64,000 nucleotides of DNA from Vulcanimicrobiota bacterium (GCA_963812155.1 CAWETW010000001.1:480001-544000), one strand, 5' to 3'; positions 27,824 to 39,106 are shown, counted from the first letter of the stretch. Notes: generated from the sequence alone by a model not told the origin. Numbers and translations are program-made.

Positions 27824-28751
27824 GGCTTTGCGGCGGATTTCCCTTGAGGCGGTAGACGAGGCCGGTCTTCGTCGTTCCCAGATAGAGCCAGCCCGATGCG
27901 ATCATCTGCAGCTTGATGAAGAGTTCTTCAACGCGTTTTTTCACGATCTCGTGGACGTCGTCGGCCGTGTCGAAGCGCGTTTGATAGGCAAACTCTCCGC
28001 ACATCACCTTGTGATCGCCGAGGGAGCGCCACAACGAAATGTTCGATTTCGCGACCAAACCTTTTCCGAAGTCGATCGGTCCGAGATCCACCAGCACTTC
28101 TTCGACTAGCGTCGAGTTCACCAACTCTACGCGACCTTCCATATCGCCGATGAGCCCCGCCATCGCCGGTAAAGCTCTGGCGATGGTCTTAAGGTTCGTA
28201 CGGTCGCCGGCGTGCACCGAACTCACCGGAAAGATACAGTTGTGCGCGTATAGGAGCCGGTAACTGCCGACTTGATCCTTGAGCGGCAACGCTTCCATTT
28301 TGAACTTGATGCGATATGGGCCAGCGATATTGGGCCGCACGTCCACCGCTTTAGCTTTTTCCAAGTCGTCGCTGCGATACTTGAAGACGATCTCGGGATC
28401 GCCGATCGGAAAGCCGTCTTGGAATTCGGTGCGTCTGCGCAGGATGAACGAGTTGTTGTAGAGCCGGAAGTCGCCCGTGTCGACGAACATCACCTCGCGA
28501 ATGCGCGGACGCGCCTTCTCCAGCCTCGCCGGCGCGTACGAGACGCCGCGAACCTTACTGACCGCTTCCGCGACCAAATCGCTGAACATTCGAAAACCGC
28601 GCATCGAATCGAAAAAGTCGGGCTTGAGGATCAGCTTTGCGTCGAAAAACTGGACGCGGTCGGCGGCCTCGCCTTCCACGTAATGCGGTTTTGCGACGAT
28701 CTTCGTCTTACCGTTCCCGCCCACACCTTTGGGCTTTTCCTTGGTTTTCAT
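27816..28751 (-). CDS. Hypothetical protein, possible CYTH-like fold
   Basis: KLILKP, FVDTGDFRLYNNSFILRRR, FKYRS, GEFAY, TKTG. Confidence 0.55.
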   Translation of the reverse strand: MKTKEKPKGVGGNGKTKIVAKPHYVEGEAADRVQFFDAKLILKPDFFDSMRGFRMFSDLVAEAVSKVRGVSYAPARLEKARPRIREVMFVDTGDFRLYNNSFILRRRTEFQDGFPIGDPEIVFKYRSDDLEKAKAVDVRPNIAGPYRIKFKMEALPLKDQVGSYRLLYAHNCIFPVSSVHAGDRTNLKTIARALPAMAGLIGDMEGRVELVNSTLVEEVLVDLGPIDFGKGLVAKSNISLWRSLGDHKVMCGEFAYQTRFDTADDVHEIVKKRVEELFIKLQMIASGWLYLGTTKTGLVYRLKGNPPQSHE

Positions 28752-28794
28752 CGTTATTTTTTCTCCGTCAGGCAAGCGTACGAGAGCCCGCCGG

Positions 28795-29574
28795 TTAGTC
28801 CTGTCGGCGGCGCAACGCTTCATACATCAGCACGCCGGCTGCCACCGACGCGTTTAGCGAACCGATTTTGCCGTGCATCGGGATGCGCACGCAAAAGTCG
28901 CATTCGCGTTTGATCAGGGGCGCGAGGCCGGAGCCTTCAGCCCCGATCACGAGCGCCAAGTCCCGATCGAAGTCGGCCGCGGTCATGTCGGTCGCCGTGG
29001 GGCCGGAGTCGGCTCCAACCACCCAGATTCCGGCTTTTTTCATCGTCCGGATCGCATCGGCCAGATTGGCGACGCGCACGATGGGAACGTGCGCCGCGGC
29101 CCCGGCAGCCGCTTTGCGCACGGTCGCGTTGATGCCGGCGGAACGGCGGTCCGGGAGAACCACCGCGTCGGCGCCCGCGCATTCCGCGGTCCGAACGATC
29201 GCGCCGACGTTGTGCGGGTCGGTCAGATGATCGAGCAGCAGATAGAGCCGCTTGGTCCCCCGCGCCGGCGCCGACATCACGTCGTGCAGCGAGGCGTATG
29301 CAAACGGCGGACCGATGGCGACGACGCCTTGATGCGCTTTGAAGGGGAGCGCGGCGAAGAACGGACGCTGCTCGAAGCGAACGCGCACGCCCGCCTCTTC
29401 GGCACGGTGCAGGAGATCGCGCAACGCCGCGTCGCGCCGGCGATCCGACGCAACGTGAATCGCGCGCAGGCGTTCTCCCGCGCTGAGTGCTTCGATCGTC
29501 GCGTGAATACCGTAAACGACGTCATCGAAGTCGAGGGCCGGCGCGCGGGGTCTTACTCCGCGGCGACGCTCCAC
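28795..29574 (-). CDS. rlmB: 23S rRNA Gm2251 methyltransferase
   Basis: HQGVVA, LDHLTDPHNVGAIVRTA, IGAEGSG, SLNASVA; follows cysS; start approximate. Confidence 0.92.
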   Translation of the reverse strand: MERRRGVRPRAPALDFDDVVYGIHATIEALSAGERLRAIHVASDRRRDAALRDLLHRAEEAGVRVRFEQRPFFAALPFKAHQGVVAIGPPFAYASLHDVMSAPARGTKRLYLLLDHLTDPHNVGAIVRTAECAGADAVVLPDRRSAGINATVRKAAAGAAAHVPIVRVANLADAIRTMKKAGIWVVGADSGPTATDMTAADFDRDLALVIGAEGSGLAPLIKRECDFCVRIPMHGKIGSLNASVAAGVLMYEALRRRQD

Positions 29575-31007
29575 GTCGTGCCTTCTTTCGTGTCGGTCAA
29601 CGCGACGCCGCATGCCAGCAGCGCATCGCGAAAACGGTCCGACGCCGCCCAGTCTTTGCGTACGCGCGCGTCGCGGCGCATGGCGATGACGCGCTCGATC
29701 GCGGCTTCCGGCGGCACACCGTCGAAGTGCTCGCCGAGTTGCCGGCTGAGGCGTTCCAGGATGTCGCCCGGCAACGCGGCTTCCGGCTCGGCGAGCCACG
29801 TGTCGTCGGGCTCGATGCCGAGCAGCGTTGCGAGATACGCGAACTCGTACAGCGTTTGGCCCGCACCGGCGCCCTGTGCCGCGCGCGCCGCATCCCCGCC
29901 AAACTCGAGCAACACGGCCAGTGCGGCCGCCGTGTTCATGTCTTCGTCGAGCTCTGCTTCGATGCGTTGCACGTAGCCGGTCTTCTTCAGATCGGTCGGT
30001 ATGGGTGCAGCCGCCGCGCGCAGCGTGCGATAGGCTTTCTTCAGCGTGCGCAGCGCGGCCGCGGCACCTGCGACGGAATCCTCGGTAAAGTTCTTCACCT
30101 TCGCGTAGCTCGTCTGCAGCAGCGAAAGACGAATCGCTTGGGGATCGTGCCGCTTTAGCAAATCGGCGAGCGGCTCGTAGTTGCCGAGCGACTTCGACAT
30201 CTTCTTGCCGTCGAAGAGCAGCAGGCCGCCGTGCACCCAGAAGTTCGCCATCGGCGGCTTCGCCATCAGCGGCTCACTCTGCGCGATTTCGTTTTCGTGA
30301 TGCGGAAAAATCAAATCGGCGCCGCCGCCGTGGATGTCGAAACCTTCGCCTAACGGATCCAGCAGCACCCGGGCCATCGCCGAGCACTCGATGTGCCACC
30401 CCGGCCGGCCGTCGCCGTAGGGATCGAACGCCCATTTCGGCTCGCCCGGTTTGGCGAACTTCCACAGCGCGAAATCGAGCGGATCCTCCTTCTCCTCGTC
30501 AATCTCGATGCGCGCACCCGCCTCGAGTTCGGCGACGTTCCGATTCGCCAGTTTGCCGTAGCCGGCAAACGAGGCGACGCGGTAGTAAATGCCGTCTTTC
30601 GAAGCATACGCGTGTTCGCTCGCGATCAATTCGCCAATCATGCGCGTGATCTCGGGGACGTAGGCGGTCGCATACGGCTCGAAATCGTAATCGAGCACGT
30701 CCAGGGCGCGCATGCTGGCCTTGAACTCCGCGTAGTAGCGATCGATGATCGCGTGGTAATCTACGCCGCTTTCCTGCGCCTCGCGAATGCTGCGGTCGTC
30801 GATGTCGGTAACGTTCTGCACGTACGTGACGCGATAGCCGAGATGCGTCAGGTAACGGCGCAGTACGTCGAAGAACAGAAACGACCGCGCGTGCCCCAGA
30901 TGGGCCCGCGCGGACGGCGTCAAGCCGCAGACGTACATGCGCACTTCACCGTTGCGTAACGGCGCGAACGCCTCGACGCTGCGCGTTCGAGAGTTGTAGA
31001 GCCTCAG
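29553..31007 (-). CDS. cysS: Cysteine--tRNA ligase (probable CTG start)
   Basis: LRLYNS..., [41 protein letters not shown]. Confidence 0.96.
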   Translation of the reverse strand: MRLYNSRTRSVEAFAPLRNGEVRMYVCGLTPSARAHLGHARSFLFFDVLRRYLTHLGYRVTYVQNVTDIDDRSIREAQESGVDYHAIIDRYYAEFKASMRALDVLDYDFEPYATAYVPEITRMIGELIASEHAYASKDGIYYRVASFAGYGKLANRNVAELEAGARIEIDEEKEDPLDFALWKFAKPGEPKWAFDPYGDGRPGWHIECSAMARVLLDPLGEGFDIHGGGADLIFPHHENEIAQSEPLMAKPPMANFWVHGGLLLFDGKKMSKSLGNYEPLADLLKRHDPQAIRLSLLQTSYAKVKNFTEDSVAGAAAALRTLKKAYRTLRAAAAPIPTDLKKTGYVQRIEAELDEDMNTAAALAVLLEFGGDAARAAQGAGAGQTLYEFAYLATLLGIEPDDTWLAEPEAALPGDILERLSRQLGEHFDGVPPEAAIERVIAMRRDARVRKDWAASDRFRDALLACGVALTDTKEGTTWSVAAE

Positions 31008-31582
31008 ATGACCCAGCTCCAGGATTCCTCGACGGTCTCCACGACCGCGCGCACGGGTTTCCCGTTCTGCGCGACGATCCGCGCGGGCACCCCGACGACG
31101 GTGGCATTGGCGGGAACGTCTCGCACGACGACCGATCCGCCGCCGACTTTGACGTTGTCGCCGAGCGTGATTGCGCCCAGGACGACCGCGTTGGCACCGA
31201 TGGTCACGTTACGGCCTAGGGTGGGATGCCGCTTGCCGTGCGAAAGACTCGTTCCACCCAGCGTCACGCCCTGATAAATCGTGCAGCCGTCGCCCACGAT
31301 GCTCGTCTCGCCGATTACGACGCCCATGCCGTGATCGATGAACACGCCTTTGCCGAGCTGCGCGCGCGGGTGGATTTCGATTCCCGTGAAAAAGCGCGCG
31401 ATGTTGGCGAGAAATCGCGGCAGCAACGGCACGCCGGCGAGCGGATGGATCAGCCGGTGAGCGACGACGGCGTGGAAGCCGGGGTACGACAACACGACGT
31501 CGAGCCATCCTCGCGCGGCCGGATCGCGATCGAGCGCCGCGCGGAGATCGGCAGCGACGAATGCCAACGGCTTGGGCGCCAT
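31004..31582 (-). CDS. cysE: Serine O-acetyltransferase
   Basis: [37 protein letters not shown]. Confidence 0.95.
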   Translation of the reverse strand: MAPKPLAFVAADLRAALDRDPAARGWLDVVLSYPGFHAVVAHRLIHPLAGVPLLPRFLANIARFFTGIEIHPRAQLGKGVFIDHGMGVVIGETSIVGDGCTIYQGVTLGGTSLSHGKRHPTLGRNVTIGANAVVLGAITLGDNVKVGGGSVVVRDVPANATVVGVPARIVAQNGKPVRAVVETVEESWSWVI

Positions 31583-31584
31583 CG

Positions 31585-32172
31585 TTACTCTAACCCCGCT
31601 TCCGGCCGCGGGGATGCCTCGCCGCCGGGCGGCTTGCGTCCGCGAATCGGCTCGAACGGTTTGCCGTCGGGTCCGAATGCAATCGGGACCAAGCCGCGAC
31701 CGTGCAGCAGCCGGGAGCTCACCGCGCCGACGCGCATCATGATCCGCTCGTGCCCGAGCAGAGGGAAGAGCAGTTCGAGTGGCGGCCCCGCAGCGGCTCC
31801 GGTCAGCGCCATGCGCACCGCCGCCATCGCGTCGCTCGGGGTGAGTCCGAACTCATCGGCAATCGCAGGCAGGTCGCGGTCGAGCGGCAGGCCGCGAAGT
31901 TCGGGTTGATGGTCCACGTACTGCGCCACCGCATCCAAGAAGAACAGCACGTCGCGCGAGCGTAAGCGTTCCAGTTCCAACGCCGGCACGATGCAGCTCT
32001 CGGCGCGCAACGCTTCCACGATCGGCCGCGCCTCATCGGTGCTCCTCAACGTTGCGCCGTAGGCTTCTAGGAACGTTTCGATCCACCGCAACGCCGCAGC
32101 CGGCGGCGGCTCTTCGAGCGCGCCCCAGCGCTGCATGGCGGCAGCGAGATCGCCGGTCGCAACGACGCTCAC
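31585..32172 (-). CDS. Stand-alone GluRS-type anticodon-binding domain protein
   Basis: VRMALTG...GPPL..LF.LLG.ER...R; no HIGH/KMSKS; occupies gltX position between ispF and cysE. Confidence 0.7.
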   Translation of the reverse strand: MSVVATGDLAAAMQRWGALEEPPPAAALRWIETFLEAYGATLRSTDEARPIVEALRAESCIVPALELERLRSRDVLFFLDAVAQYVDHQPELRGLPLDRDLPAIADEFGLTPSDAMAAVRMALTGAAAGPPLELLFPLLGHERIMMRVGAVSSRLLHGRGLVPIAFGPDGKPFEPIRGRKPPGGEASPRPEAGLE

Positions 32173-32654
32173 GCTGCGTTCGCCTCGCCGAGTAAGGCAA
32201 CCGCGTGCGCCGCAATGCCGCTGCCGTCGCCGGTGTAGCCCAAGCCTTCGCTGCTCTTAGCCTTCACGCTCACGCAGTCGAGCCCGACGGCGAGGCGCGC
32301 CGCGACGTTCTCGCGCATGTGCAACACGTGTGCTGCGAGTTTCGGGCGATCGACGACGATCGTCGCGTCGACGTTGACGATGCGCCAGCCGGCATCGCGC
32401 ACTTCGCGCGCGCACGCTTCCAGCAGCGCCATGGAATCGGCGTCTTTCCAGCGCGCGTCGGTATCGGGGAAGCGGCCGCCGAGATCGCCGAGCGCGGCCG
32501 CGCCCAACAAGGCGTCGGACAGCGCGTGCGCCAGCACGTCGGCATCGGAGTGGCCGAGCGCGCCCCGCTCGAACGGGATGCGAACGCCGCCCAACACGAG
32601 CGCGCGCCCCTCTACGAGGCGATGCGCGTCGAAGCCGTAGCCGACGCGCGTCAC
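32169..32654 (-). CDS. ispF: 2-C-methyl-D-erythritol 2,4-cyclodiphosphate synthase
   Basis: RVGYGFDAH, GHSDADV, GDLG..FPD, SVKA. Confidence 0.96.
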   Translation of the reverse strand: MTRVGYGFDAHRLVEGRALVLGGVRIPFERGALGHSDADVLAHALSDALLGAAALGDLGGRFPDTDARWKDADSMALLEACAREVRDAGWRIVNVDATIVVDRPKLAAHVLHMRENVAARLAVGLDCVSVKAKSSEGLGYTGDGSGIAAHAVALLGEANAA

Positions 32655-33367
32655 CGGGAAGCTTCCACCGCGCCGCGCTCGCGCAGCAACGCTTCGACGC
32701 GCGCGACGTCGGCCGGCAGCGTCACTTTGAAGTTTTCACCGGAGGCCGGGACGACGACGACTTCGATACCGGCGCGTTCGAGCAACACCGCGTCGTCGGT
32801 CGCAATCGCGCCCTCGCGTGCGGCGAGTTCGTGTGCGCGCCGCAGATCGGCGGCGGTGGCCATCTGCGGCGTTTGCGCCGCCCACAAGCGCTCACGATCG
32901 AGCGTTTCGACGACCGCATGCGTGTGCGCATCCACCACCTTTACCGTATCCACGACGGGACCGGCGAGGAGCGCGCCGCGTCCGGCGCGCACGACCTGCA
33001 TGGCGGCGCGTACGTCCCCGGCGCGTACGAGCGGACGCGCGCCGTCGTGAATCAAGATGCCGTCGCAATGCGGCGATAGTGCGCGCAAGCCGTTGAACGC
33101 GCTTTCCCGCCGCGTCGCGCCGCCGGATACGACGCGCGTGCGCCGATCGGCGCCCAGGCGCGCACACAGTTCGCGCATCGGCTCGATCCACGCCGGCTCG
33201 GTGGCGATAACGAGTTCCGCGATTTCGGGCATACCGGCAAAGGTGCGGATGCACCAGCCGGCCAGCGGCAGGCCGGCCACGTCGAGCAACTGTTTCGGAC
33301 GGCCAAAGCGCTCGCCGCGGCCGGCCGCGACGATCACCGCACCCCATGCCAAAGGGCTCTGGCTCAT
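32651..33367 (-). CDS. ispD: 2-C-methyl-D-erythritol 4-phosphate cytidylyltransferase
   Basis: AAGRGERFG..KQ, IHDGARP, AQTPQ, TDD, NFKVT. Confidence 0.96.
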   Translation of the reverse strand: MSQSPLAWGAVIVAAGRGERFGRPKQLLDVAGLPLAGWCIRTFAGMPEIAELVIATEPAWIEPMRELCARLGADRRTRVVSGGATRRESAFNGLRALSPHCDGILIHDGARPLVRAGDVRAAMQVVRAGRGALLAGPVVDTVKVVDAHTHAVVETLDRERLWAAQTPQMATAADLRRAHELAAREGAIATDDAVLLERAGIEVVVVPASGENFKVTLPADVARVEALLRERGAVEASR

Positions 33368-34437
33368 TCGCGTTTGGGCTTGGCGAAGATCATGCGTCCC
33401 GCGACCGTTTGCAGCACGCTCGTAACGACCACGTCGGTCTCTTCCCCAATCAAGCGGCGGCCCTGCTCGACGACGATCATGGTGCCGTCGTCGAGGTAAC
33501 CGACGCCTTGATGCATCTCCTTACCTTCCCGAATCACGGCGACGTGCAGTTCTTCGCCGGGCAACACGACGGGTTTCACCGCATCCGCCAACTCGTTGAC
33601 GTTGAGCGCCTCGATGCCTTCGACGTGCGCCATGCGATTGAGGTTGTAGTCGTTGGTGACGAGTTTTGCGCTCATCTCCTGCGCGAGCCGCACCAAACGC
33701 GCGTCGACGTTGCCGAGCGCCATGTCGTTGAAATCGCGTTCGCTGATCTCGACGGCCGCAAGTTCCTGCAACCGGCTGAGCACGTCGAAACCGCGCCGCC
33801 CGCGCATCCGCTTGAGCGGGTCGACAGAATCCGAGATGGTCTGCAGTTCGCGCAAGACGAAGCGCGGCACCACGAGCGGCCCTTCCAGGAATCCGCACTC
33901 GACGATTTTTACGATGCGCCCGTCGACGATCGACGACGTGTCGACGACCTTCACTACGTTTGCCGTTCCGGGTTTTGCGCCGTCCTGATCGAGCACCGGA
34001 AGGATGCGCGTCTTGGCGCCGACGCGCGCGCCGAGATATGCGGCCGAGAACGCAAAGATGAGGTAGAGCACGATTGCGACGTAGGTTCCGGCCCGGCCGA
34101 TGCCGGTTACGACTTCGAAAATGATGCTCTTGATGAGGAACGCAACGATGAGGCCGACGATCAATCCGACGGCGCCGCCGGCGATTTCCGCAGGCGTGAG
34201 GCGTTCCATCGCACGTTCGGCCGACTCGAGCTCGCCTTCGACTAAAGTCTGCGCGAGCGGAGCGAGCAGCGCGCCGACGATCGCGCCCACGACGGGCGAA
34301 ATCACCAGCAAGGCAAGTTGCAGGCCTTCGTTTGCGACGTGCAGCGACAATAGATGGAGATACGCTTCGCGTCCCAGCAAAAAACCGGTGACGCCGAAGA
34401 TGACGATGAACGCGCCCCGCAGCAGATTTCGTGCCAG
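33364..34437 (-). CDS. PIN/TRAM domain membrane protein (YacL)
   Basis: DTSSIVDGRI, RGRRG, TNDYNLN, QGVGYLDDGTMIVVE, QTVAGRMIF; first TM helix lies upstream of the first TTG. Confidence 0.92.
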   Translation of the reverse strand: MARNLLRGAFIVIFGVTGFLLGREAYLHLLSLHVANEGLQLALLVISPVVGAIVGALLAPLAQTLVEGELESAERAMERLTPAEIAGGAVGLIVGLIVAFLIKSIIFEVVTGIGRAGTYVAIVLYLIFAFSAAYLGARVGAKTRILPVLDQDGAKPGTANVVKVVDTSSIVDGRIVKIVECGFLEGPLVVPRFVLRELQTISDSVDPLKRMRGRRGFDVLSRLQELAAVEISERDFNDMALGNVDARLVRLAQEMSAKLVTNDYNLNRMAHVEGIEALNVNELADAVKPVVLPGEELHVAVIREGKEMHQGVGYLDDGTMIVVEQGRRLIGEETDVVVTSVLQTVAGRMIFAKPKRE

Positions 34438-34456
34438 ACTCGGCTCTAGTCGAATG

Positions 34457-35578
34457 TTAGGGAACCTCTAAGAAAGCGCCGCAAACGTCGTTGGCGACGA
34501 ACCGGCCCCGGCCGGTTAGCCTCACGCGGTCTTCGGTGCGTTCGAGCAACCCCAACTCGGCGAACCGCGAAACGACGGATGCGTAACGGCGCACGACGTC
34601 AATGCCGTATCGCTCTTTGAACTCGGCCAGGCCGACCCCTTGCGCGGTGCGCAGTGCGAGCATAATCGCTTCGCCGGCCCGCTGGGCGCCCTCGAGGCGC
34701 TCGGTCTGGGCAGGAATCGGACGCCTTGAGAGCGCGGCCTCCACATAGTCGTCGAGCGATTTGGTGTGCACCGAGCGTTCGCCGTCACGAAACGACGCCG
34801 CGCCTACGCCGAGACCGATGTAGTCGCCGTTGTCCCAGTAGTTCGCATTGTGACGGCAACGATGACCGGGGCGCGCGAAGTTACTGATCTCGTAGTGCTC
34901 GTAGCCCGCGCCGGCGAGCAAATCGATGGCGGCAGCGTAAAGTTCGGCCTCGCGCACGTCGTCGAAAAAGGCTTGCGGCTCGCGCTGCTCCCACACTGCG
35001 TACGGCGTGCCGCTTTCGACGGTCAATCCGTAGGCCGAAACGTGATCGGGCTGCAACGCGATTGCGTGCTGGAGCGACTCGCGCCACGTCTCGAGCGACT
35101 GGCCGGGCACGGCAAACATCAAGTCGAGCGAGATCGATTCGACGCCCGCAGCGCGTGCCCACGTGACGGCGCGCGCGACGTCGTCCGGCACGTGCTTGCG
35201 GCCGAGCACGGCGATTTCTTTCGGATCGAACGACTGGACGCCGATCGACGCGCGCGTTATCCCGGCGCGCACGTAGGCGTCGAAATCGCCGGCCCGCACG
35301 AGCTCCGGATTGAGTTCGATCGAGGCCTCCTCGAACGCGCCGAAACGCTCGCGCAACCGCGCGGCGAGCGCGGCGATCGTTGCGGCGTCGTACGCATTGG
35401 GCGTTCCCCCGCCGAGAAAGAGCGTGGCAGCCGCAGCGGCGGGCTGACGATCGATTTCTGCATGGAGTGCGTCGAGGTAGCGGCGCGACGCGCTCGCGCG
35501 CATCGGCCACTTCGCGAAGTCGCAGTAGGGGCAGATATAGGGGCAGAACGGCAGATGCACGTAGACGCCGAGCGCCAT
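34457..35578 (-). CDS. hemW: Radical SAM heme chaperone HemW
   Basis: YVHLPFCPYICPYCDF, GGGTP, YEISNFA, HNANYW. Confidence 0.93.
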   Translation of the reverse strand: MALGVYVHLPFCPYICPYCDFAKWPMRASASRRYLDALHAEIDRQPAAAAATLFLGGGTPNAYDAATIAALAARLRERFGAFEEASIELNPELVRAGDFDAYVRAGITRASIGVQSFDPKEIAVLGRKHVPDDVARAVTWARAAGVESISLDLMFAVPGQSLETWRESLQHAIALQPDHVSAYGLTVESGTPYAVWEQREPQAFFDDVREAELYAAAIDLLAGAGYEHYEISNFARPGHRCRHNANYWDNGDYIGLGVGAASFRDGERSVHTKSLDDYVEAALSRRPIPAQTERLEGAQRAGEAIMLALRTAQGVGLAEFKERYGIDVVRRYASVVSRFAELGLLERTEDRVRLTGRGRFVANDVCGAFLEVP

Positions 35579-35582
35579 CGGC

Positions 35583-36437
35583 TCATTCTCCTTGCGCGAC
35601 GAAAACGCCGACCGCGCCGGGACCGCCGTGCGCTGCGATCACCGGGCCGGCCTCCCAAATCTCCAAACGCGCGGGGCGTTCGTCGCCGAGACGTTCGCGC
35701 AGCCGCACCTCGGCCGCTTGTGCGAGTGCCGGCGCATTGGTGTGCATGACGATGAATTGCGCTTGGTGGATCGGCGGAGCGGTTTTGAGAATCAGATCGA
35801 GCATCGTCTCCTGCGCGCGCGCGAAGGTGCGGACTTGCACTTTGGCCGCGACCTTTCCGTCGTCGAGCGCGAGCACCGGCACGATCTTCATCATCGTTCC
35901 CATCGCGGCTTGAGCCGAGCCGATGCGGCCGGTGCGCTGCAGGTGAGAAAGATCCGACACACAGGCGTAGAGATGCTGGCGCTCGCGCCAGGCATCGAGC
36001 GATGCGACGATCGCGTCGAGCGTTGCTCCGCGCTGCGCCATGGCGTGGGCGTGCTGCACCATCATACCAAGGCCTCCGGCAGCCGTCTTCGAATCGTAGA
36101 TGTGAATGCGCGCGCCGGGAAAGCGCTGCGCCGCCGCCATCGCCGCATTGATCGTTCCCGAGACATGCGACGAAATGACGATGCAGAGCACCTCGTCACC
36201 CGCCTCGACCGGCCCGGCAAACGCCTCTTCGAACATCCCGGCGGAGGGTTGCGACGTGCTGGGAAGCACGCTTTCCGACTTCAGTTTGCGATAAAACTCC
36301 TCGCGTGAAAGTTCGACGCGATCCTTATAGCTGCGATCGCCGAACACGACGTAGAGCGGCACGACCGCGATGCCTTCGGAACGCGGCTCTCCCGGCTCGA
36401 GATCCGATGTCGAGTCGGTGACGATTGCTACCGCCAA
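35583..36437 (-). CDS. DegV family fatty-acid-binding protein (FakB)
   Basis: IVTDSTSD, TSQPS, SGT, GRIG, HGGPG. Confidence 0.92.
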   Translation of the reverse strand: MAVAIVTDSTSDLEPGEPRSEGIAVVPLYVVFGDRSYKDRVELSREEFYRKLKSESVLPSTSQPSAGMFEEAFAGPVEAGDEVLCIVISSHVSGTINAAMAAAQRFPGARIHIYDSKTAAGGLGMMVQHAHAMAQRGATLDAIVASLDAWRERQHLYACVSDLSHLQRTGRIGSAQAAMGTMMKIVPVLALDDGKVAAKVQVRTFARAQETMLDLILKTAPPIHQAQFIVMHTNAPALAQAAEVRLRERLGDERPARLEIWEAGPVIAAHGGPGAVGVFVAQGE

Positions 36438-36455
36438 CGGTGAGGGAGCCTCTCC

Positions 36456-37487
36456 TTATGCCTTCTGAACTGTTTCGACGGGCGGTAGCGACGAAGATAC
36501 CATCCGATTGATCCTGCCGACGACGTCGTGGTTCACTTCTTGAATCGCGGCGAGCGTCGCGTGCTTCACCGCGTTGCGGCCGGCCCGTCCGTGCGTGACG
36601 ATACAGTTTCCCCGCAAACCGAGCAACGGCGCGCCGCCGTAGCGCTCGTAGTCGAAACGCTGCCGCAGGCGTTTCAACGCCGGAGCCAGCATTGCGGTAC
36701 CGAGTTTCGTCAACAGGCCGCCTCCGAGCAACGTTTCCCGCAACACCATCGCGAGGTCGGCGATCATGCCTTCACCGGTTTTGAGGACGACGTTGCCGAC
36801 AAAGCCGTCGGTAACGATCACGTCGGCAACATTATGGAAGAGATCGCGCCCTTCGACGTTTCCGATGAAGTTGACGGGCGACGATGCGAGCAGCTTCGCC
36901 GTCTCCAGCACTTGTTGGTTTCCCTTGGTGCGTTCCTCGCCCACCGAAAGCAGCGCAACGCGAGGATGAGCGATGTTCAGCACGCCTTTGGAATAGGCTG
37001 AACCCATGATCGCGAACTGCACCAGCCACTCCGGGCGGCAATCGACGTTGGCGCCGGAATCGAGCAGCACGGTCGGACCGTCGAGGCCCGGCCAAACGGT
37101 CGCGATCGCCGGGCGCGAAATGCCTTCGATCGGGCGCAGCTTGATGAGCGCAATTGCAAGGAAGGCTCCGCTGTTTCCAGCCGAGACGACCGCGTCGGCC
37201 TCGCCACGTTTCACCAAGCCGACCGCGATGCCGAGCGAGGTACGGTCCGCCGAGCGTAAGGCCGCCGAAGGGTTCTGATCCATCGGAACCGCCTCCGGCG
37301 CGTGCACGACGCTCACGCGCTCGGGCGCGCCGCGAAGCAACGCACGGACGCGCGGCTCGTCACCGACGAGCACGATCCGCGCGTTCGACTCGGCCGCGGC
37401 CAGCAAGGCACCGGCGACGATCTCCTCGGGAGCGTGATCGCCGCCCATGGCGTCGACCGCGATCCGGGGCGTCGCGCTATTATTCAT
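36456..37487 (-). CDS. plsX: Phosphate acyltransferase
   Basis: IAVDAMGGD, SAGNSGA, LDSGANVD, DGFVGNV.LK, GGAPLLG. Confidence 0.96.
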   Translation of the reverse strand: MNNSATPRIAVDAMGGDHAPEEIVAGALLAAAESNARIVLVGDEPRVRALLRGAPERVSVVHAPEAVPMDQNPSAALRSADRTSLGIAVGLVKRGEADAVVSAGNSGAFLAIALIKLRPIEGISRPAIATVWPGLDGPTVLLDSGANVDCRPEWLVQFAIMGSAYSKGVLNIAHPRVALLSVGEERTKGNQQVLETAKLLASSPVNFIGNVEGRDLFHNVADVIVTDGFVGNVVLKTGEGMIADLAMVLRETLLGGGLLTKLGTAMLAPALKRLRQRFDYERYGGAPLLGLRGNCIVTHGRAGRNAVKHATLAAIQEVNHDVVGRINRMVSSSLPPVETVQKA

Positions 37488-39072
37488 CGAGCGACAGCCA
37501 ATATTCGGCGTTCTTCATACCGCCGTAGTAGTATTCGACGGCGGCCTCCGGAAAAGATGCCTGAAGTTCATCTCCGAGGCGCTGGGCGTCCCGTTCCTTC
37601 TGAGTGCCCCCGTAGTAGAGGGTCACCAGGCCGCCCCCCGCGGCGCCGAGCTCCTGGAGCGCCGCCCGCGCCGCCTCGGCGGGCGTTTCTCCGGCAACCA
37701 TCCTCCCGGCGGCAACTGCGGCGGCCTTACCTTTGGCGACCGACACGCCGCCGACGGTCGCATCTTTGCCGGCAAGGAACACCTGCGCGCTGCGCACCCG
37801 TTCGGTTGCAGCTAGCAGCGCGGCGGGATCGGGAAGTTCGCCGTCGACGGCGCTGCCCAAGGCGAACAGTCCGGCGATGCCGGCGACGATGTCGGGCGTA
37901 GGAACGACGTGCAGCCGCTTTTCGGTCAAGCGGACGACTTCCGATGCGGCCAGCGCGACGTTCTTGTCGTTGACGAAAAGATAGACGTCGTCGTGAATGC
38001 ACTTGTTCACGGCGAGCAGCAGGTCGCGAACGCTGGGATTCTTCGCATTCGAGACGACGACTTCGGCGCCGAGCTCGCGCGCGATTCGCTCGAAGCCCTC
38101 GCCCGGAACGAGCGCGACGATCGAACGTCCATTCGCGGGCTTCTCGACGACGAGCACGGTGTGCTGACGCTCCATGTCGTCGACTTTGACGCGCGTCACC
38201 TCGCCGAGTTTCGCGGCAATTTCTTGTACGCGTTCGGGATCGTCGGTGTGCATGTGCACCTTGATCGTCGGTTCCGATCCGACGACGAGGAGCGACTCGC
38301 CGCGCGGCTCGAGCAGCCGGCGCACTTCCGGAACGCTCGCACGCGCGTTCTGCAGCACGAACTCGGTGCAGAATTTATTTTCGCCGACGCGCTGCTGCGG
38401 CGTGAAGACGCTTGCGCGCGAAGGCCGCCGGGGGAACGCCGTCGCGCGAGCTTTGCTCTCCGGCAAAAAGCGCAAGATGCCCTCGAGGAAATAGACGAAC
38501 CCGGCGCCGCCGGAATCCACGACGCCCGCTTCCTTGAGCACCGGCAACTGCTCCGGCGTGCGATCGAGCGCCTCGTTCGCGGCACGCAGCACGGCCGTGA
38601 CGAGGCGATAGAAATCGGGCTCCTTGAGGGCGAGTTTGTAGGCGGCGTCGGCGGCGGCATCGGCGACGGAGACGATCGTTCCCTCGACCGGGCGCACGAG
38701 CGCTTGTCGGGCGGCGGCGGCGGCCTCGCGCATGCCGGTTGCCAGCACGAACGTGTCGATCGTACTCCGGTGGCGCACGTGGTGTGCGAAACCGCGGAGC
38801 ATCTGCGAGAGGATGACGCCGGAGTTCCCGCGGGCGCCCATCAGGCTGCCCTCCGCGGCTCGCGCGGCGACCTCCGAGATCGGGGCATCGTGCAGTTTGG
38901 CCGACTCGAGCGTGGCGGCGCGAAGGGTGAGGTACATGTTCGTGCCGGTGTCGCCGTCGGGGACCGGAAAGACGTTAAGGTCGTTGAGGACCTGCCGGTA
39001 CTTCCTCAAGAAGTACGTGCCGGCGGCGAGAAACTTCGCATATCCCCGGCCGTCCAAGACGATCACGTCCAC
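37480..39072 (-). CDS. DAK2-domain fatty acid kinase (FakA)
   Basis: [39 protein letters not shown]. Confidence 0.93.
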   Translation of the reverse strand: MDVIVLDGRGYAKFLAAGTYFLRKYRQVLNDLNVFPVPDGDTGTNMYLTLRAATLESAKLHDAPISEVAARAAEGSLMGARGNSGVILSQMLRGFAHHVRHRSTIDTFVLATGMREAAAAARQALVRPVEGTIVSVADAAADAAYKLALKEPDFYRLVTAVLRAANEALDRTPEQLPVLKEAGVVDSGGAGFVYFLEGILRFLPESKARATAFPRRPSRASVFTPQQRVGENKFCTEFVLQNARASVPEVRRLLEPRGESLLVVGSEPTIKVHMHTDDPERVQEIAAKLGEVTRVKVDDMERQHTVLVVEKPANGRSIVALVPGEGFERIARELGAEVVVSNAKNPSVRDLLLAVNKCIHDDVYLFVNDKNVALAASEVVRLTEKRLHVVPTPDIVAGIAGLFALGSAVDGELPDPAALLAATERVRSAQVFLAGKDATVGGVSVAKGKAAAVAAGRMVAGETPAEAARAALQELGAAGGGLVTLYYGGTQKERDAQRLGDELQASFPEAAVEYYYGGMKNAEYWLSLDE

Positions 39073-39106
39073 GGCGGGGCCTCTTTGGGGGCACCCCAAG
39101 GATTCC

